Assembly (NCBI GenBank): GCA_951406725.2
Contig: OX597821.1
Coordinates: forward strand, 37,138,001 to 37,202,000
Length of the DNA stretch: 64,000 nucleotides
Direction of reading: 5' to 3'
Origin: Octopus vulgaris
Lineage: Eukaryota
Shown: piece after piece, positions 38,801 through 51,355 of the stretch
Numbering within the stretch: position 1 is the first letter of the stretch
Layout of the letters: each line of letters begins with the position of its first letter
The notes under the pieces: model-generated
Seen by the model: only the letters and a program-made list of their open reading frames with translations
Databases searched by the model: none
What the model was told of the DNA's origin: nothing
Translations under genes and position numbers: made by a program

Positions 38801-38933
38801 TATATCAGATGAATTTCAGAAGAAATCTATCCAATGTCAAGAAATTTCTCTTGGTCAAAAACACAGTTTTAAATTTTAATTTTAGAGATGAAAATAAAAT
38901 AAAATCACCAAGGTATTGCCTTAAAAAAATTCT

Positions 38934-39086
38934 TCAGAAATTTATGTCATTTACACCTGTTGGAGTTGTGGGGTGTTCTTTAACAGTGTGATTTTTAGAT
39001 GCAATATCAACCTCTTGAATATTCAGATTAGACAAATTATATGCAACCTTCTGTTCAATCTGATCTTGACAAGCTCGCAAATAGTC
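38934..39086 (-). CDS. CCND: Cyclin D exon 5 (terminal)
   Basis: ttttag acceptor; DYLRACQDQIEQ...HPTTPTGVNDINF*. Confidence 0.93.
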   Translation of the reverse strand, partial: DYLRACQDQIEQKVAYNLSNLNIQEVDIASKNHTVKEHPTTPTGVNDINF

Positions 39087-39999
39087 CTAAAACAAACAAA
39101 AAAATTTTACATCAACGAATAGTTTTCATTATTTCCTTATATTAATCTTTAGTTCATTTTCATTTTAGTTATTTGCTTCTTTAAAATATTAATTGTAGAT
39201 ATATCTGAAAATAGGAGATTGGAAATCAAATAATTTGATTCCCTGTCTGAAGAATAGAATTTCTAATAGGAGATATCTTACATGTACAAATTTTGTAATG
39301 CCTTTTAGCAAATGAAATATATGCAATAGTGAATAAATAGGAAAAATATTTGCCAGAATTTTCAACACTTATGCATACCTCACACAAATATAACATCTAC
39401 GTACAGATTTGGAATATTCTTCAGGTTTAACTGCTTTAAAACTCAAAACCTAGAAATTGAGAGGGAAGTTACATAACAAATGTAAATCAGGGCTTCCTGC
39501 ATACTATACAATCATATTCACCTATTGGCATGGCTTGGATGGTTTGACAAGAGCTTGCAAGGCCAGCTTCTATAGTCTGTTTTGGTTTGGTTTTTATAGC
39601 TGGGTGCCTTCCGAATGCCAACTACTTTACAGGGTGTACTGGGTGCATTTTATGTGGAACAAACACCATACATATCAAAGCATCTACTTATACATACACA
39701 CACACACATATTTTTTTATATTTGTTTCAATCATTGAACTGTACCACCTTCAAGGGATTTTGTCATTCAAATTAAACCCAGTACTTAATCTTTAGGTTTG
39801 GTACTTATTCCATTGGTTGCTCTTTGCTCAACTACCAAGTTAGAAGAATATAAACAAACAAACACTAATTGACAATCAGTAAAGCAGAAATCCAGATATA
39901 AACATGCATATACACATCTCTTCTCAGGTGCTGACAAAAAGTTCCATGACCGTCTTCCCACTCTTCCTTCCTATTCCACAATGTCAGCAAAATGAAAGG

Positions 40000-40830
40000 A
40001 CCAGAACCAGTGAGATTACTGAAATGCTGGAGTGACGACATGTAGACATGTGCAGTGTGCAAATAGTAAAATGGAGAGAAGCCTCTGCTAGATTCCTTAT
40101 AGGTGGGAGACCAGGGTTCAATTCCTCGCCAGGGAGACTCGTTATTTAAGACGGCGAGCTGGCAGAAACGTTAGCACACCGGGCGAAATGCATAGCCGTA
40201 TTTCGTCTGCCATTACGTTCTGAGTTCAAATTCCGTCGAGGTCGACTTTGCCTTTCATCCTTTCGGGGTCAATAAATTAAGTATCAGTTATGCACTGGGG
40301 TCGATGTAATCGACTTAATCCCTTTGTCTGTCCTTGTTTGTCCCCTCTGTGTTTAGCCCCTTGTGGGTAGTAAAGAAATATATAGGTAAGAAACAGAGGT
40401 TCAAATTCTCTTGGGTAGGCAACTGATGGGGTGGGTGATACAAGTATACTTTTGGGTAGATAAGGTAACTGATGTAGTCAGAGACTGTGATAAGTTAAGC
40501 TAAGACTTAAATAATTAACAGTTACATTTATCTCTGCCTATGATCCCAGTCTGGACATGCAGCTGATCAGAACGACCAATTTAATGAGGTTCTTTTGCAG
40601 ACTATCTCAACAACAAATAACAGAGACTTGGATATTGAGACAGGTGATTTCAAGGGGGGCACACTGGACAAGTACTCTCATAGATTTTACAGTGTGCATG
40701 GAGGTTACAGCTTTGGTTTTAGAAATAAGGAAGGAACAAGGCTGCTGGAGTTCTGTGGTGCAAATGATCTAATGATTTGCAATACTAACTTCAGGAAACC
40801 AGCCAGATTGATTACATCCTCACCAGATAA
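40000..40830 (+). mobile_element. RTE endonuclease fragment interrupted by a SINE
   Basis: GDF.G...HGGYSFGFRNKEGTRLLEFCGANDLMICNTNFRKP, IDYIL. Confidence 0.8.
40105..40380 (+). mobile_element. tRNA-Asp 3'-half plus SINE family 1 composite insertion with TATAGGT TSD
   Basis: GGGAGACCAGGGTTCAATTCCTCGCCAGGGAG is followed by the SINE from about 40152; TATAGGT occurs at 40098-40104 and 40381-40387. Confidence 0.75.
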
Positions 40831-40995
40831 GTTAAAATTAAGTTAGGTTGAGTGGTACAAACAAGATAACGACGACTTAATATGTTTAAATTAAAACAAT
40901 TTTGGTCATATATTAATTTTTGAATTCAGAAATGGAGCAAGTTCAATAAGCTTTTTCATAACATTTCATACATAGAATTTTAAAAGGTTTCTTAC

Positions 40996-41132
40996 TAATT
41001 CAATATGTGTGATTTCATGTAGCCTCTGAAGTAAATTAAAGTTCACCATTGGTGTATTAGTGAGACCTTGCATAGCTGCGCCAATACATCCAACAGCAAT
41101 GGTTGATGGGGTGTACGTCATGAATTTGCAAT
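40996..41132 (-). CDS. CCND: Cyclin D exon 4
   Basis: tttcag acceptor and gtaag donor; (D)CKFMTYTPSTIAVGCIGAAMQGL...LLQRLHEITHIEL; phases fit exons 3 and 5. Confidence 0.93.
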
Positions 41133-41860
41133 CTGAAATTAAACAAACAGTTCAAATTTCTGTAATTGAACATATATTTTCTATTAGTCGGGGCTAAACC
41201 AGGATTGAATAGCTTCATATATTTTTTTTTAGAAAAGTTTATACAACACTAAAGTGAAAGCAAAATATAAAGTATTGTTCAGTTGAAAAGTAGAATTCTT
41301 TTACTTAGACAAGTTTAGTAAGAATTGAATCCACATATTTGTGAGACATCAGTAATATCACACACTAGTAGTAGCAGCTGCTAGGCAGTGTGCATCAAGA
41401 TGCAGCTTGGTGGACTGTGAAAAAAAACTATACTTTAAAAATAATAAAAAAATGCAAACTGAAAATCTAAATAAAAAATCTTGATAACTTATGCTTCATT
41501 TATAGAATAAAGAAGCATTTACTAGATTTCTAAAGTTTAAATTACTTGTAAATATATGCTAAAATGTTATAAATATCAACATCATCACTTAACATCCATT
41601 GTCCATGCTGGCATATATATATATATCATCATCATCATAATTTAACGTTAGTTTTCCATGCTAGCTTGGGTTCTGCCTGCACCCCTAAGATTAAAGTACC
41701 TAAGATAGGTACTTTAATCACCACCAAACTTATGAAATAAAGAGATTTACACTCTCTTCTCTGGCTATACTAAAATACATAATAAACTAACAATGTCCAA
41801 AATAAGCAGTCATACATGTAACGACTAAGAGGTCATATCTTTACAGACTCCATAGTTAAC

Positions 41861-43080
41861 CCTTTCGTTACTATATTTCTGACCAAAATACACCCCTCAT
41901 GAGTTTCAATTAAATTCTAAAATAATCATGAATTTAGACTTGTTTCATTAAATAGCTGTAACTTTTTTTACTTATCGACATATTAATGTGATATTTGGAA
42001 CATAATTAAAGAAAGGGTTCTTAATGAATTCTATTGCATAACTTTTGTCTCAGAGTGACTTTAATTACAGGTAAACTGAGCAAAAGGTAAAAATATAAAA
42101 ATTTTGTTTAAACATCACCATAGAAAATGAATCATCAGCTAATATTCAATTCGGTATGCAACAAAATTTTGATATAGAAGAATTGTGCACATCACTAGAT
42201 CATCAGTTGAATTTAATGCACAATAGAACAGGTGTACCATAAAGATGAAATAAACTGAAATACTGGAATCCACCGCAAGTTTGACCAAACTAAAGAAATT
42301 GGTCAAAAAATAATATATGGCCCTGGTTATGGTATGGAAGTGATAAATTCCAGACCACATCGTACCCTAGGCCATGCTGACTAACATTATTCTCCCTGTA
42401 TAAAAACTAAATCCACAAGCAGTACCCAGTATTTGATTCACAAATTTTCCAAACTTTGATCCCCCATTTTGTGTTTGTTTACATTCTGCGTAAGTTTGTT
42501 TCCGCAGTGATCGCTTCAAACAAGCATACTGAAAAAAATAGAAGTCTAATGGTTTCGCTTCCTAAGAAAGACTATAGATAAACTCTATCTCCTCAAAAAA
42601 ATTGCTAATAAAAACATTTTTAAAGTTTTTACTTTATTCCGATGTAAAATCGTCTTTGCTGTTGTTATCGCCACTTTGTTTCTTCAGAATTGCTGCTTTC
42701 ATTTTCGGATACAGAAATATCCCATTCATTATCGAACACCACGAGCTTTTGTACCTTATTCATTCTTTTTCTTGATATCTCCCTATTTTCCGTTGAAAAA
42801 GCTTTAAATTTGGAATCAATGCTTGATAACATGAAACTCCTATCCATTTTCAAAGTTGACGAAAAAATATGGAAAAAAATCTCCAAAAATTCACTGAGTT
42901 CAGATATCAGGTCAAGAAATGTCGGATACTATAACCCAACTATTTACAAAGTGAAATCACGTATTTTCACAAATGTACTAACGAGATTTGGGCTTTAATT
43001 CACATTTAAATAACAATGGGTACTCTCGGCCGGGTTGGTATTATGAACCAAAAAATCTTTTGGCCGGCTACGGCCGGGTT
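41861..43080. mobile_element. piggyBac-like DNA transposon remnant
   Basis: TTAA|CCCTTTCGTTAC left end, GGG|TTA right end, and an internal acidic Ser/Glu peptide on the minus strand. Possibly a composite of two elements. Confidence 0.5.
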
Positions 43081-43933
43081 AGTATTTGCATATATAAACC
43101 TTCACAGAAAGGATTTTTGCCTGAAATCTGCGTGCATTCTGTTCTTGGCAGTTCTCAGTTGGTAAGATTTTCTTTATTCATCATAAACTGTCGAAAAGAA
43201 TATCTTGTAATAACCACTCTTACTGACTAATGACTGAGGTAAAATATTGGAATCTTTATTTGGTCTTGAATATATTACTTAGACAAGTAATACTGGGTAT
43301 ATTTTCACTTACAATTATGTAATTTATAACCATATTTCATGTTATGATATATATAGTTGTTAGTATATTAAATTTTTCAATCATTATACAAGCAGGAGAG
43401 AGATTATTTACATAATTCACTTCAGATTTTTAATTTAATGCTAAATTATAAATTTTAAATGAAGCTGTTTAATCTATTTGTTTATATTTGATATTTTGTG
43501 TTTCTAATTCTTCAATATTGCCAGCATCGAGGATATGCTAACCTCAAATGTATATTCCAGGTTAAATGGATGAAGTTAAATATTTCATTAGAAGTCGTTT
43601 GTATCAAATTAAATACATAGAAGGTGTTTGTTTGTTTACCATTTATAAATACGGATGTCTAAGTTTTTCTTGAAGCTTATCGATATAAATAATTTACTCA
43701 TTGAAACTTAAAATGAGTTTTACTTCTATTTTACGTGTGAGGAAAAGATGCAAAAGCAAAGCTTTAACAATATCCAGAAGCCTAAACTTTCAAAACAGAA
43801 TCCACAGAAAAATTTAAAATTAAATGAGCTGCTACTACTAGCCAGAAAAATATGTAATTAAAATTCAGTTGTCTTTTCTTAATTAAAACCAAAATACCAT
43901 TTCATAACATTAAAATAACAATCTTTTGCTTAC

Positions 43934-44093
43934 CTGTATAACACATTGCTATAAATGTATGTGCATGTTTTTTAATGATATTTATTCTCAATGAATCTAT
44001 GGGAAGACGTCTTAAAATAAGTTCAATAAAATCATTTGGTGTAATAGCCATCAAGTCCCACTTCAAAACACACAGTAAATGAAGCTCCATAGC
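43934..44093 (-). CDS. CCND: Cyclin D exon 3
   Basis: ttttag acceptor and gtaag donor; AMELHLLCVLKWDLMAITPNDFIELILRRLP...KKHAHTFIAMCYT. Confidence 0.95.
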
Positions 44094-44479
44094 CTAAAAG
44101 TGTAATAAAAGATATATTTTTAATGTACATAAAAAAGTTGAATTTATAACTTTGAAAATATTTCAAGTAAAAAATATAATTTTAAACTTATCATTCGGCA
44201 GAAATATATGAAGCTCATGTCAGATAAAAGAAAAATTCCACTAAAATTTATAGCACACATTTAAGCATCAGCTGCTTCCAGTACTGTTCCATACTGTTGG
44301 GATTTATTTTCTAAAAAAAATTTTTATTTTCTCAAATAAACAAAATGAAGGGAAAATATAAATAAAGCAGCAAATTTAGGATGATTATTTAGAAATAAAA
44401 AAAGGTAATGTAATACGTGCCTTATGGAAGAAATTTGCATCATCACAACTCTATAAGATTGGCTTAAATGTCTCTCTAC

Positions 44480-46560
44480 ACAAGACACTTACATGAAATT
44501 CAAATATTTCATGTCCGTAATGCAAGTCACACGCAATAAATCTATCCCATAGCACAAAGCCAACACACACAAGAACAAGATCCTTAGGGAGGGGGAAATT
44601 CTTATAAGATGACAAAGATTGCAAATTGACTGAACAAACAACTCAAAAGTAGTGAAAAGTCCCAGCTGAAAACGACAGTGTTGCAGACGGAGGAAAATCT
44701 GCATGAAAAGAAGAGAGAGAGCAGATAAGGAGGCCTGGGTTAGAGAAAACATTAAATCAAACTCTAAAGCTTTCTTTAGCTTTGCCAAAGAAACAACCTT
44801 GGTACGCTACAAGATAGGTAGGGCCTCTCTTCCAAAGGACAGCTCCCTCACAGGAAACTCAATGAGGATAAGTGAAATATCAAATGAACAGTTCTAAAGT
44901 GTTTTCACTATCCATTTGGGACACAGAAAAGTGAACAAACCATTGGAATTCTTTGCAACTTCACCTGTAACCAAGGAGACAATCATACATTAAAGAAGAT
45001 GATGTAATACTGGCCATTGATGAGATACACACAAACTCAGCTGCTGGTCCTGATGGATTCCCAGTAATCCTTCTCAAATCATGCAAATGAGCCCTTACAA
45101 AACCACTGCAGCTTCTTTTTCAGAGCTTCCTTGCAAGTGGTTAAGCTCCCAGGCAAATTGAAGGAGGGAATAATATGCCCTATCCACAAAGGGGGAAGCA
45201 GAACAGATGCTAAAAACTATAGGCCTATCTCTCTGATCTCACACATCAGCAAAGTCATGGAATGAATAGTCCAAAGGAAACTAATTGCATTGAAGAGAAT
45301 GACTTGCTGACTGACACCCAGCACAATTTCTGACCAGGTAGAAGCTGCCTGACACTGTTCCTATAGCACTACAACTGGGTGTTAAAGCAGCTGCTTAACA
45401 ACTCACATGTAGACATGATATATCTTGACTTTGCAAAAGCCTCTGATAAAGTTGACCTTGGTATGTCACAAACTGTGTGATCTCAGCCTCATCAGAAAAC
45501 TTGGAAGTCAGGCTGTGGTAGTTAATGAAGCCATCTCAAAGGAAACACAAAAAGTGAGTGGTGTTCCATAAGCAATGTCTTGGGGCTGCAACTATTCATA
45601 GTGGCCCTCTCAAACATGCCCTCAGCTGCTCAGATAGCCACACTTGCTAGCTATGCAGATGATACAAGTCTCTCAGAGGATACAGAACCCAGGATATATT
45701 GCACACCTGCAACAAGAATTTTTATTTGAACAAATAATGATGATAATCCTGTCTTCTGTAGGCCAACTTTAGGGTGGAGGTAGTCGATATTATTGACCAA
45801 AGATAAAAATCATTTCAAATGCAGACAGGTGAGCTGAAGACAATAACATGCATTTTAACACTGGAAAATTCCCAGCCCTATGCTACCAGCAGACAAAGCT
45901 GAATGAAATGGACAGGATACACTGGCCCAGGAGGGACTGCAATCCCTGAATCAAAATCAGTGAGTGACCTGAGCACTGACATGAGTAATGATGCAGCTTC
46001 CCAGGTGCAGAGTACAAATTTGGCAATAAACTGCAGACAGCTAGCCAGATGGATCCTCTGAAATTTAACAAGAGAACAGGAAACCATGATGGTCCACTGG
46101 AGCAAATAGATCCTCAGATACTTAGGACTACTGCTCCTACTATGGTCACCACAGAGTATAGAATTAACAGCAAAACTTGAAGTAATCCAGCAAAGCTACA
46201 CAAAGAGAACTATAATGAAGGCGGGAAAGATATGCAATGATATACATATGAAAAATCCTGGAAGGTCTTGTACCAAACTTTGGAATGGGGTACCATTGCA
46301 TAGTGCCAAAGATCTCAACACCACCAAGATACAAGACCAGATACTGCAATAACAGCTTGGGTTTCAAGGGCCCCACAACCCTTCAATATCCATCTAAAAA
46401 GCTTGAGAGAGACCTACATGGGGTGGATGTAGGTATCTTCAAAACAAAGCTGAACCTCCTGCTTTCAAGAGTTGCGGAGGAATCCTACCTCATGGCAAGA
46501 AGCCTAGATTAGGGCAGCAACATCAAACTCCCTCAGTCACCAAATGCCACATGTCAGAGG
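44480..46560 (+). mobile_element. CR1/Jockey-group LINE RT remnant
   Basis: SAAGPDG, PIHKGGS...NYRPISL.SH, YLDFAKA.DKVD, SGVP, YADD; heavily disrupted. Confidence 0.85.
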
Positions 46561-46689
46561 AGGTTTAGTGAAAATGTAACAAAGCAAACAGTGGTGCTCC
46601 AGCATGGCTACACCTCTCGAGCTGAAACTAGTAAAAACAAAGTTTACACACACACACACACACTCAGAAGCATCAAACTCCTGGACTAG

Positions 46690-47435
46690 GTGATGAAATT
46701 ATGGAGAGAGCTATTGCCCAATTAATTAAGAGCAGAATTAGGCCCAGACGAAATTCAGTTTGGCTTTGTCCAGGGAAGAAGCACTAATGATGCTATTTTC
46801 ATAGTCAGGCAACTGCAAGAAGTGCTTAGCTAAATATAAACCAATATAGCTAGCATTCATTGATCTAGAAAAGCCTTTGATAGAGGAGTGCTCTGCTGTG
46901 ATATGGTGGGTTCTGAGGAGGCTGATGAAAGATCTACAGGCCATATATAAATACACTGTCAGTAAGGTGAGAGTTAACCACCTTACTGGCAGAATTTGAT
47001 GCACAGACAGGAGTTCATCAAGGCTCAGTCCTTAATCCTCTCCTTTTCAACATTGTCCCCCAGGCCATAACAGAGGAATTCAAGGCCAGCAACTACTGTG
47101 AACTTGGAAACTACTATATCTATGCTACTAATCTTGCTCTTGTATCTGATTCCATATCAGAGCTAAATGAAAAATTCCAGGCATGGAAGCAAAACCTGGA
47201 ATCTTAGGGCCTTAAGGTTAACTTAGCAAAGACTAAGGTCTTAGTAAGCAAGAAAACTGACAGGACCCTACCCTGCTCAGGTAGATGACCCAGTTCAATT
47301 TGCAGGAAAGGTGTAGTCAGGAACTCCATACGGTGTACCCAGTGCAAGCTATGGACACACAAGAGGTGCAGAGGGTTAATTAGAAGTTTATCAGAGAAGT
47401 AAGTTTTCTTATATGGAAGATGCACAGGATCCACA
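46690..47435 (+). mobile_element. RTE RT fragment with Cys/His finger
   Basis: QFGF..GRST.DAIF, DLEKAFDR, GVHQGSVL, GLKVNLAKTK, ICRKGVVRNSIRCTQCKLWTHKRC. Confidence 0.85.
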
Positions 47436-47449
47436 AAATTTTAGGGACT

Positions 47450-47690
47450 CATGGCTATTCGTACACATGCGTCATACAGTCTACCTTTTACTCTGAGCGA
47501 GAGGCCCTTTGTCACCAGCAGAGGTAAGAGCTCTCTGAACTTTGCCCAAGCTATTCTTATTTTAGCAGCTACACTTTCAGCGCATCCTCCCCCGCTACTG
47601 ACTTGGTCCCCTAGGTAACGGAAGCTTCAACTGCTTCTAGTTTTTCTCCCTGGAATGTGGCAGAAATTGTTCTCTGCACATGGTCTGGCA
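47450..47690 (-). mobile_element. RTE fragment, opposite orientation
   Basis: VAAKIRIAWAKFRELLPLLVTKGLSLRVKGRLYDACVR on the minus strand. Confidence 0.8.
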
Positions 47691-48333
47691 TTTCAGTACA
47701 TCTTTGACATTACAAATTTTTTTATGAAGCACCACCTGTAATCAGTTCAGTTTCCACTTCTGCAAAATCTGCTTTTCATGAAAGGAGAGACATATACTGA
47801 ACACAAAAGCTCTACTTCCTCTCATGTATAAGAGAGGATTACCCACCATTTCCTTCTGGAATGCTCAGAAGGGCCAGGTGCCCAAGCTTGGTGAAAACAT
47901 CAAATAAATAGGAAGATATAGTAAACTGGCCAAGATCTTACTGATGACAAACAAGCAAAAGTAAATAAATAACAATGGTCTTCAGCACACCATAGTTATT
48001 TAATTCTTTACCTAATGAAATCAGAAATATTATGTTGATACTGCATAGTTGAAACAATTACTTACCGATTCACCAAATACATACAAGAAACTAAAACAGT
48101 GATCAGACAAGCCAAAACTCACATTGGTTTCGACGAACTAAAGTAACACACAAACACTAAATCAAATTAAATATTACAAAACAAGGTTACCAAACAGTTC
48201 AGTATATAATGAAATACAAATTAATGTAGTTTCTAAGGTGAGGGGAAGGGGCAATGCTTGAGGATTCAAAAGGGAGTAGAGAAATAGCCAAGTTTAATAA
48301 AAAAAAAAACTGAATTGATTTTCATCTTCTTAA

Positions 48334-48553
48334 CCCTTTAGCATTTAATCCGGCCATATCCGGCTCAAATATTCTACCTATTTTATTTTAAAACTGTCTT
48401 GATCCAACCTCTCACACCTACCCTACAATGTCATTTTAAAAATATATAGCCACACCATTTAAATTTTGAAGTTGCAAAATAATATGTGATTAATTCAAAA
48501 CAGTATGAATAAATAAGCAATAAATTTCACAAAGAAATCTGAATGCTAAAGGG
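48334..48553. mobile_element. piggyBac-like MITE with TTAA TSD
   Basis: TTAA|CCCTTTAGCATT ... AATGCTAAAGGG|TTAA. Confidence 0.9.
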
Positions 48554-48666
48554 TTAAACTTGCCTGACACCAAAGGAAAGAAAGAAGAAACAATTTTCTC
48601 TTCCCATTTATAGAGGTGAAGTGAACAAATTCATCAATATTTTGAGTGGGGAACCTGGTTAGTTTT

Positions 48667-49064
48667 TCTCTTTTACTTGTTTCAGTCATTTCACTGCGGT
48701 CATGCTGGAGCACCGCCTTTAGTCGAGCAACTCGACCCCGGGACTTATTCTTTGTAAGCCCAGTACTTAATCTATTGGTCTCTTTTGCCGAACCGCTAAG
48801 TGATGGGGACATAAACACACCAGCATTGGTTGTCAAGCAATGCTAGGGAGACAAACACAGACACACAAACATACATGCACACAAATATATATATACATAT
48901 ATACGACGGGCTTCTTCCTGTTTCCGTCTACCAAATCCACTCACAAGACTTTGGTCAGCCCAAGGGCTATAGTAGAAGACACTTGCCCAAGGTGCCACGC
49001 AGTGGGACTGAACCCGGAACCATGTGGTTGGTAAGCAAGCTACTTACCATACAGCCACTCCTGC
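48667..49064 (-). mobile_element. SINE family 2, full length
   Basis: Reverse complement of 49671-50055 and 21819-22182. Confidence 0.9.
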
Positions 49065-49670
49065 TTAAGTTTGAGAATTATAGAAATATATTTAAAATAA
49101 TATTATGCTTAAAATATTTAATCCTGTATCATCATCATCAATTAATGTCTGTTGTCCATGCTGGCATGGATTGGGCAGTTTGACCAGGGCTGATAAGCTG
49201 AGGGGCTGCACCAGACTCCAGTCTGATTTGGCATCGTTTCTACAGCTGGATGCCCTTACTAACACCAACCACTCTGAGAGTGATTGCTACAACTATGGTT
49301 TCACTTGGGTCTATGGGTCTTCTTCTCAAGCACTGCATATTGTCAAAGATCTTGGTCTTTTGTTATTGCCTCTGTGAGGTCCAATGCTCAAAAGGTGCTT
49401 TAGGTTTACTAAAAACATTTTTGAACAATTTGAGGGTTTGCTGAAAATAGTATAAACCTATTATCAAATTGTATTGTTGGATTGCAGGTATAGATCTCTA
49501 AATTTAGCAAAATCAAAGTAAATGCCATATTGCCTATTATCAAATAGAAGTACTTTGGTCAAATTTTAGGTTACTGGGTGTCACATATGAAATGATGCAC
49601 TATCAAGGCAAATGACAGGTTGCTCATAACAGCACAGAAAAATGGAAATTTAAAATATAATGATCACATA

Positions 49671-50055
49671 GGCACAAGAGTGGCTGTGTGGTAAGTAGCT
49701 TGCTTACCAACCACATGGTTCCGGGTTCAGTCCCACTGCGTGGCACCTTGGGCAAGTGTCTTCTACTATAGACTCGGGCCGACCAAAGCCTTGTGAGTGG
49801 ATTTGGTAGACGGAAACTGAAAGAAGCTCGTCGTGTATGTGTGTGTGTGTCTGTGTTTGTCCCCCCACCCCAACATCGCTTGACAACCGATGTTGGTGTG
49901 TTTACGTCCCCGTCACTTAGCGGTTCGGCAAAAGAGACCGATAGAATAAGTACTATGCTTGCAAAGAATAAGTCCTGGGGTCGATTTACTCGACTAAAGA
50001 CGGTGCTCCAGCATGGCCACAGTCAAATGACTGAAACAAGTAAAAGAGTAAAAGA
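49671..50055 (+). mobile_element. SINE family 2, full length
   Basis: GGCACAAGAGTGGCTGTGTGGTAAG...CTGAAACAAGTAAAAGAGTAAAAGA. Confidence 0.9.
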
Positions 50056-50468
50056 AACAAAAGTGGGCTTTCCCCCCATTCTTTTTCATTCACAAACCCA
50101 AATTTTTATATGCCTCATATATTCTTATCGTCTTACCTCATAAAACTTGCGATTGTTATCTTTCACCACAATATCATTCAACTTATCTTTATTTTGCTCA
50201 TATCATAAAAAAAAAAGTAGAATTCATGTTTCCAGCAAAACTTAGATGTCCTTAACTTTCACATCATGATGGTTGATGACATTTAAACCAATACAAATGA
50301 TGCACATAAAATTATTTATCAATTGGTTCAATGAATACCCTACAGCAATGCTTTCCTATCTATAATTTATGTCATCTTACATAGCACTGTGTTTATATTT
50401 TCATCAATTCTGGAGTCCAACATTTATACACTTCAATACGCATAAAAAAAAGGAGAATAAAATCTCAC

Positions 50469-50684
50469 CAGAAGGCTCTCCAAGGTAATAGAGTGGTCTG
50501 TATACATCACTAGTTTCTCTGCAGCTAAAGGAATTGTCTGCATCATCTTGGATGAGAGGAACATACAAGCTGAACCTAGAAGCTGTAACTGATTTCGCTT
50601 AATTGGGTAAACACAAAGAAATCGGTCCAGATAATTCATAGAGAGAGGAAATACTTCTTCTTCACAACTCAATTCACCACAAAC
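50469..50684 (-). CDS. CCND: Cyclin D exon 2 (cyclin box)
   Basis: ttccag acceptor and gtgaga donor; [23 protein letters not shown]...[14 protein letters not shown]...[15 protein letters not shown]. Confidence 0.97.
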
Positions 50685-50888
50685 CTGGAATAGCAGATAA
50701 AAACAAATTCATTCTTCTTGTAGAAAGATATAAATCAACAACACTGTTAAACCAAATACAAACTAGAAAAATTTATAGAAAAATACATGGGATTTGCATG
50801 TACATACACATACACACACACACACATATATATATGTATACATATATATATATATATCAAAATAAGCAACAAGTATATCCAAGGTAAT

Positions 50889-50974
50889 GTGGTACGATTG
50901 TTTCATGCTACTTCATTTTATTAAACACTGTAAGCATTACATCAGTTTTAAAATGTCAAGCAATCTTCAGCCAC
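50889..50974 (-). ncRNA. Type I hammerhead ribozyme-like motif with long stem II
   Basis: GUGG CUGAAGA U UGCU..CAUUUU..AAAAUG..AGCA U GAAA CAAUC GUA CCAC. Confidence 0.55.
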
Positions 50975-51355
50975 CTTTAAAAATTTTCCAAAAAAAACGG
51001 ACAATGTACATTCTTATTCCTATTTCATTTGTCAACATTATAAAGAGGGTAGATATACCAGTGTTTAATAAAATGAAGTAGCATGAAACGATCGTACCAC
51101 ATTACCTCGGATATACTTGTTGCTTATTTTGATTGTAATCACCCCATGGATTTATATGGATAATACCATACAAAATTCTAGTGTCTTTGACTTAAGCACC
51201 ATATTCATCTGAATCTAAATTTTGCTGTACATGTGTGTGTGTGCGTATATATATGCATAGAAGGGATAAGCAGTGATTGAGACAAATATAAACTTGTGTT
51301 GGGGGTATTTGAACTCATAAGATAGCTATTCACTGTGGTCCATCATAGTGAAATA

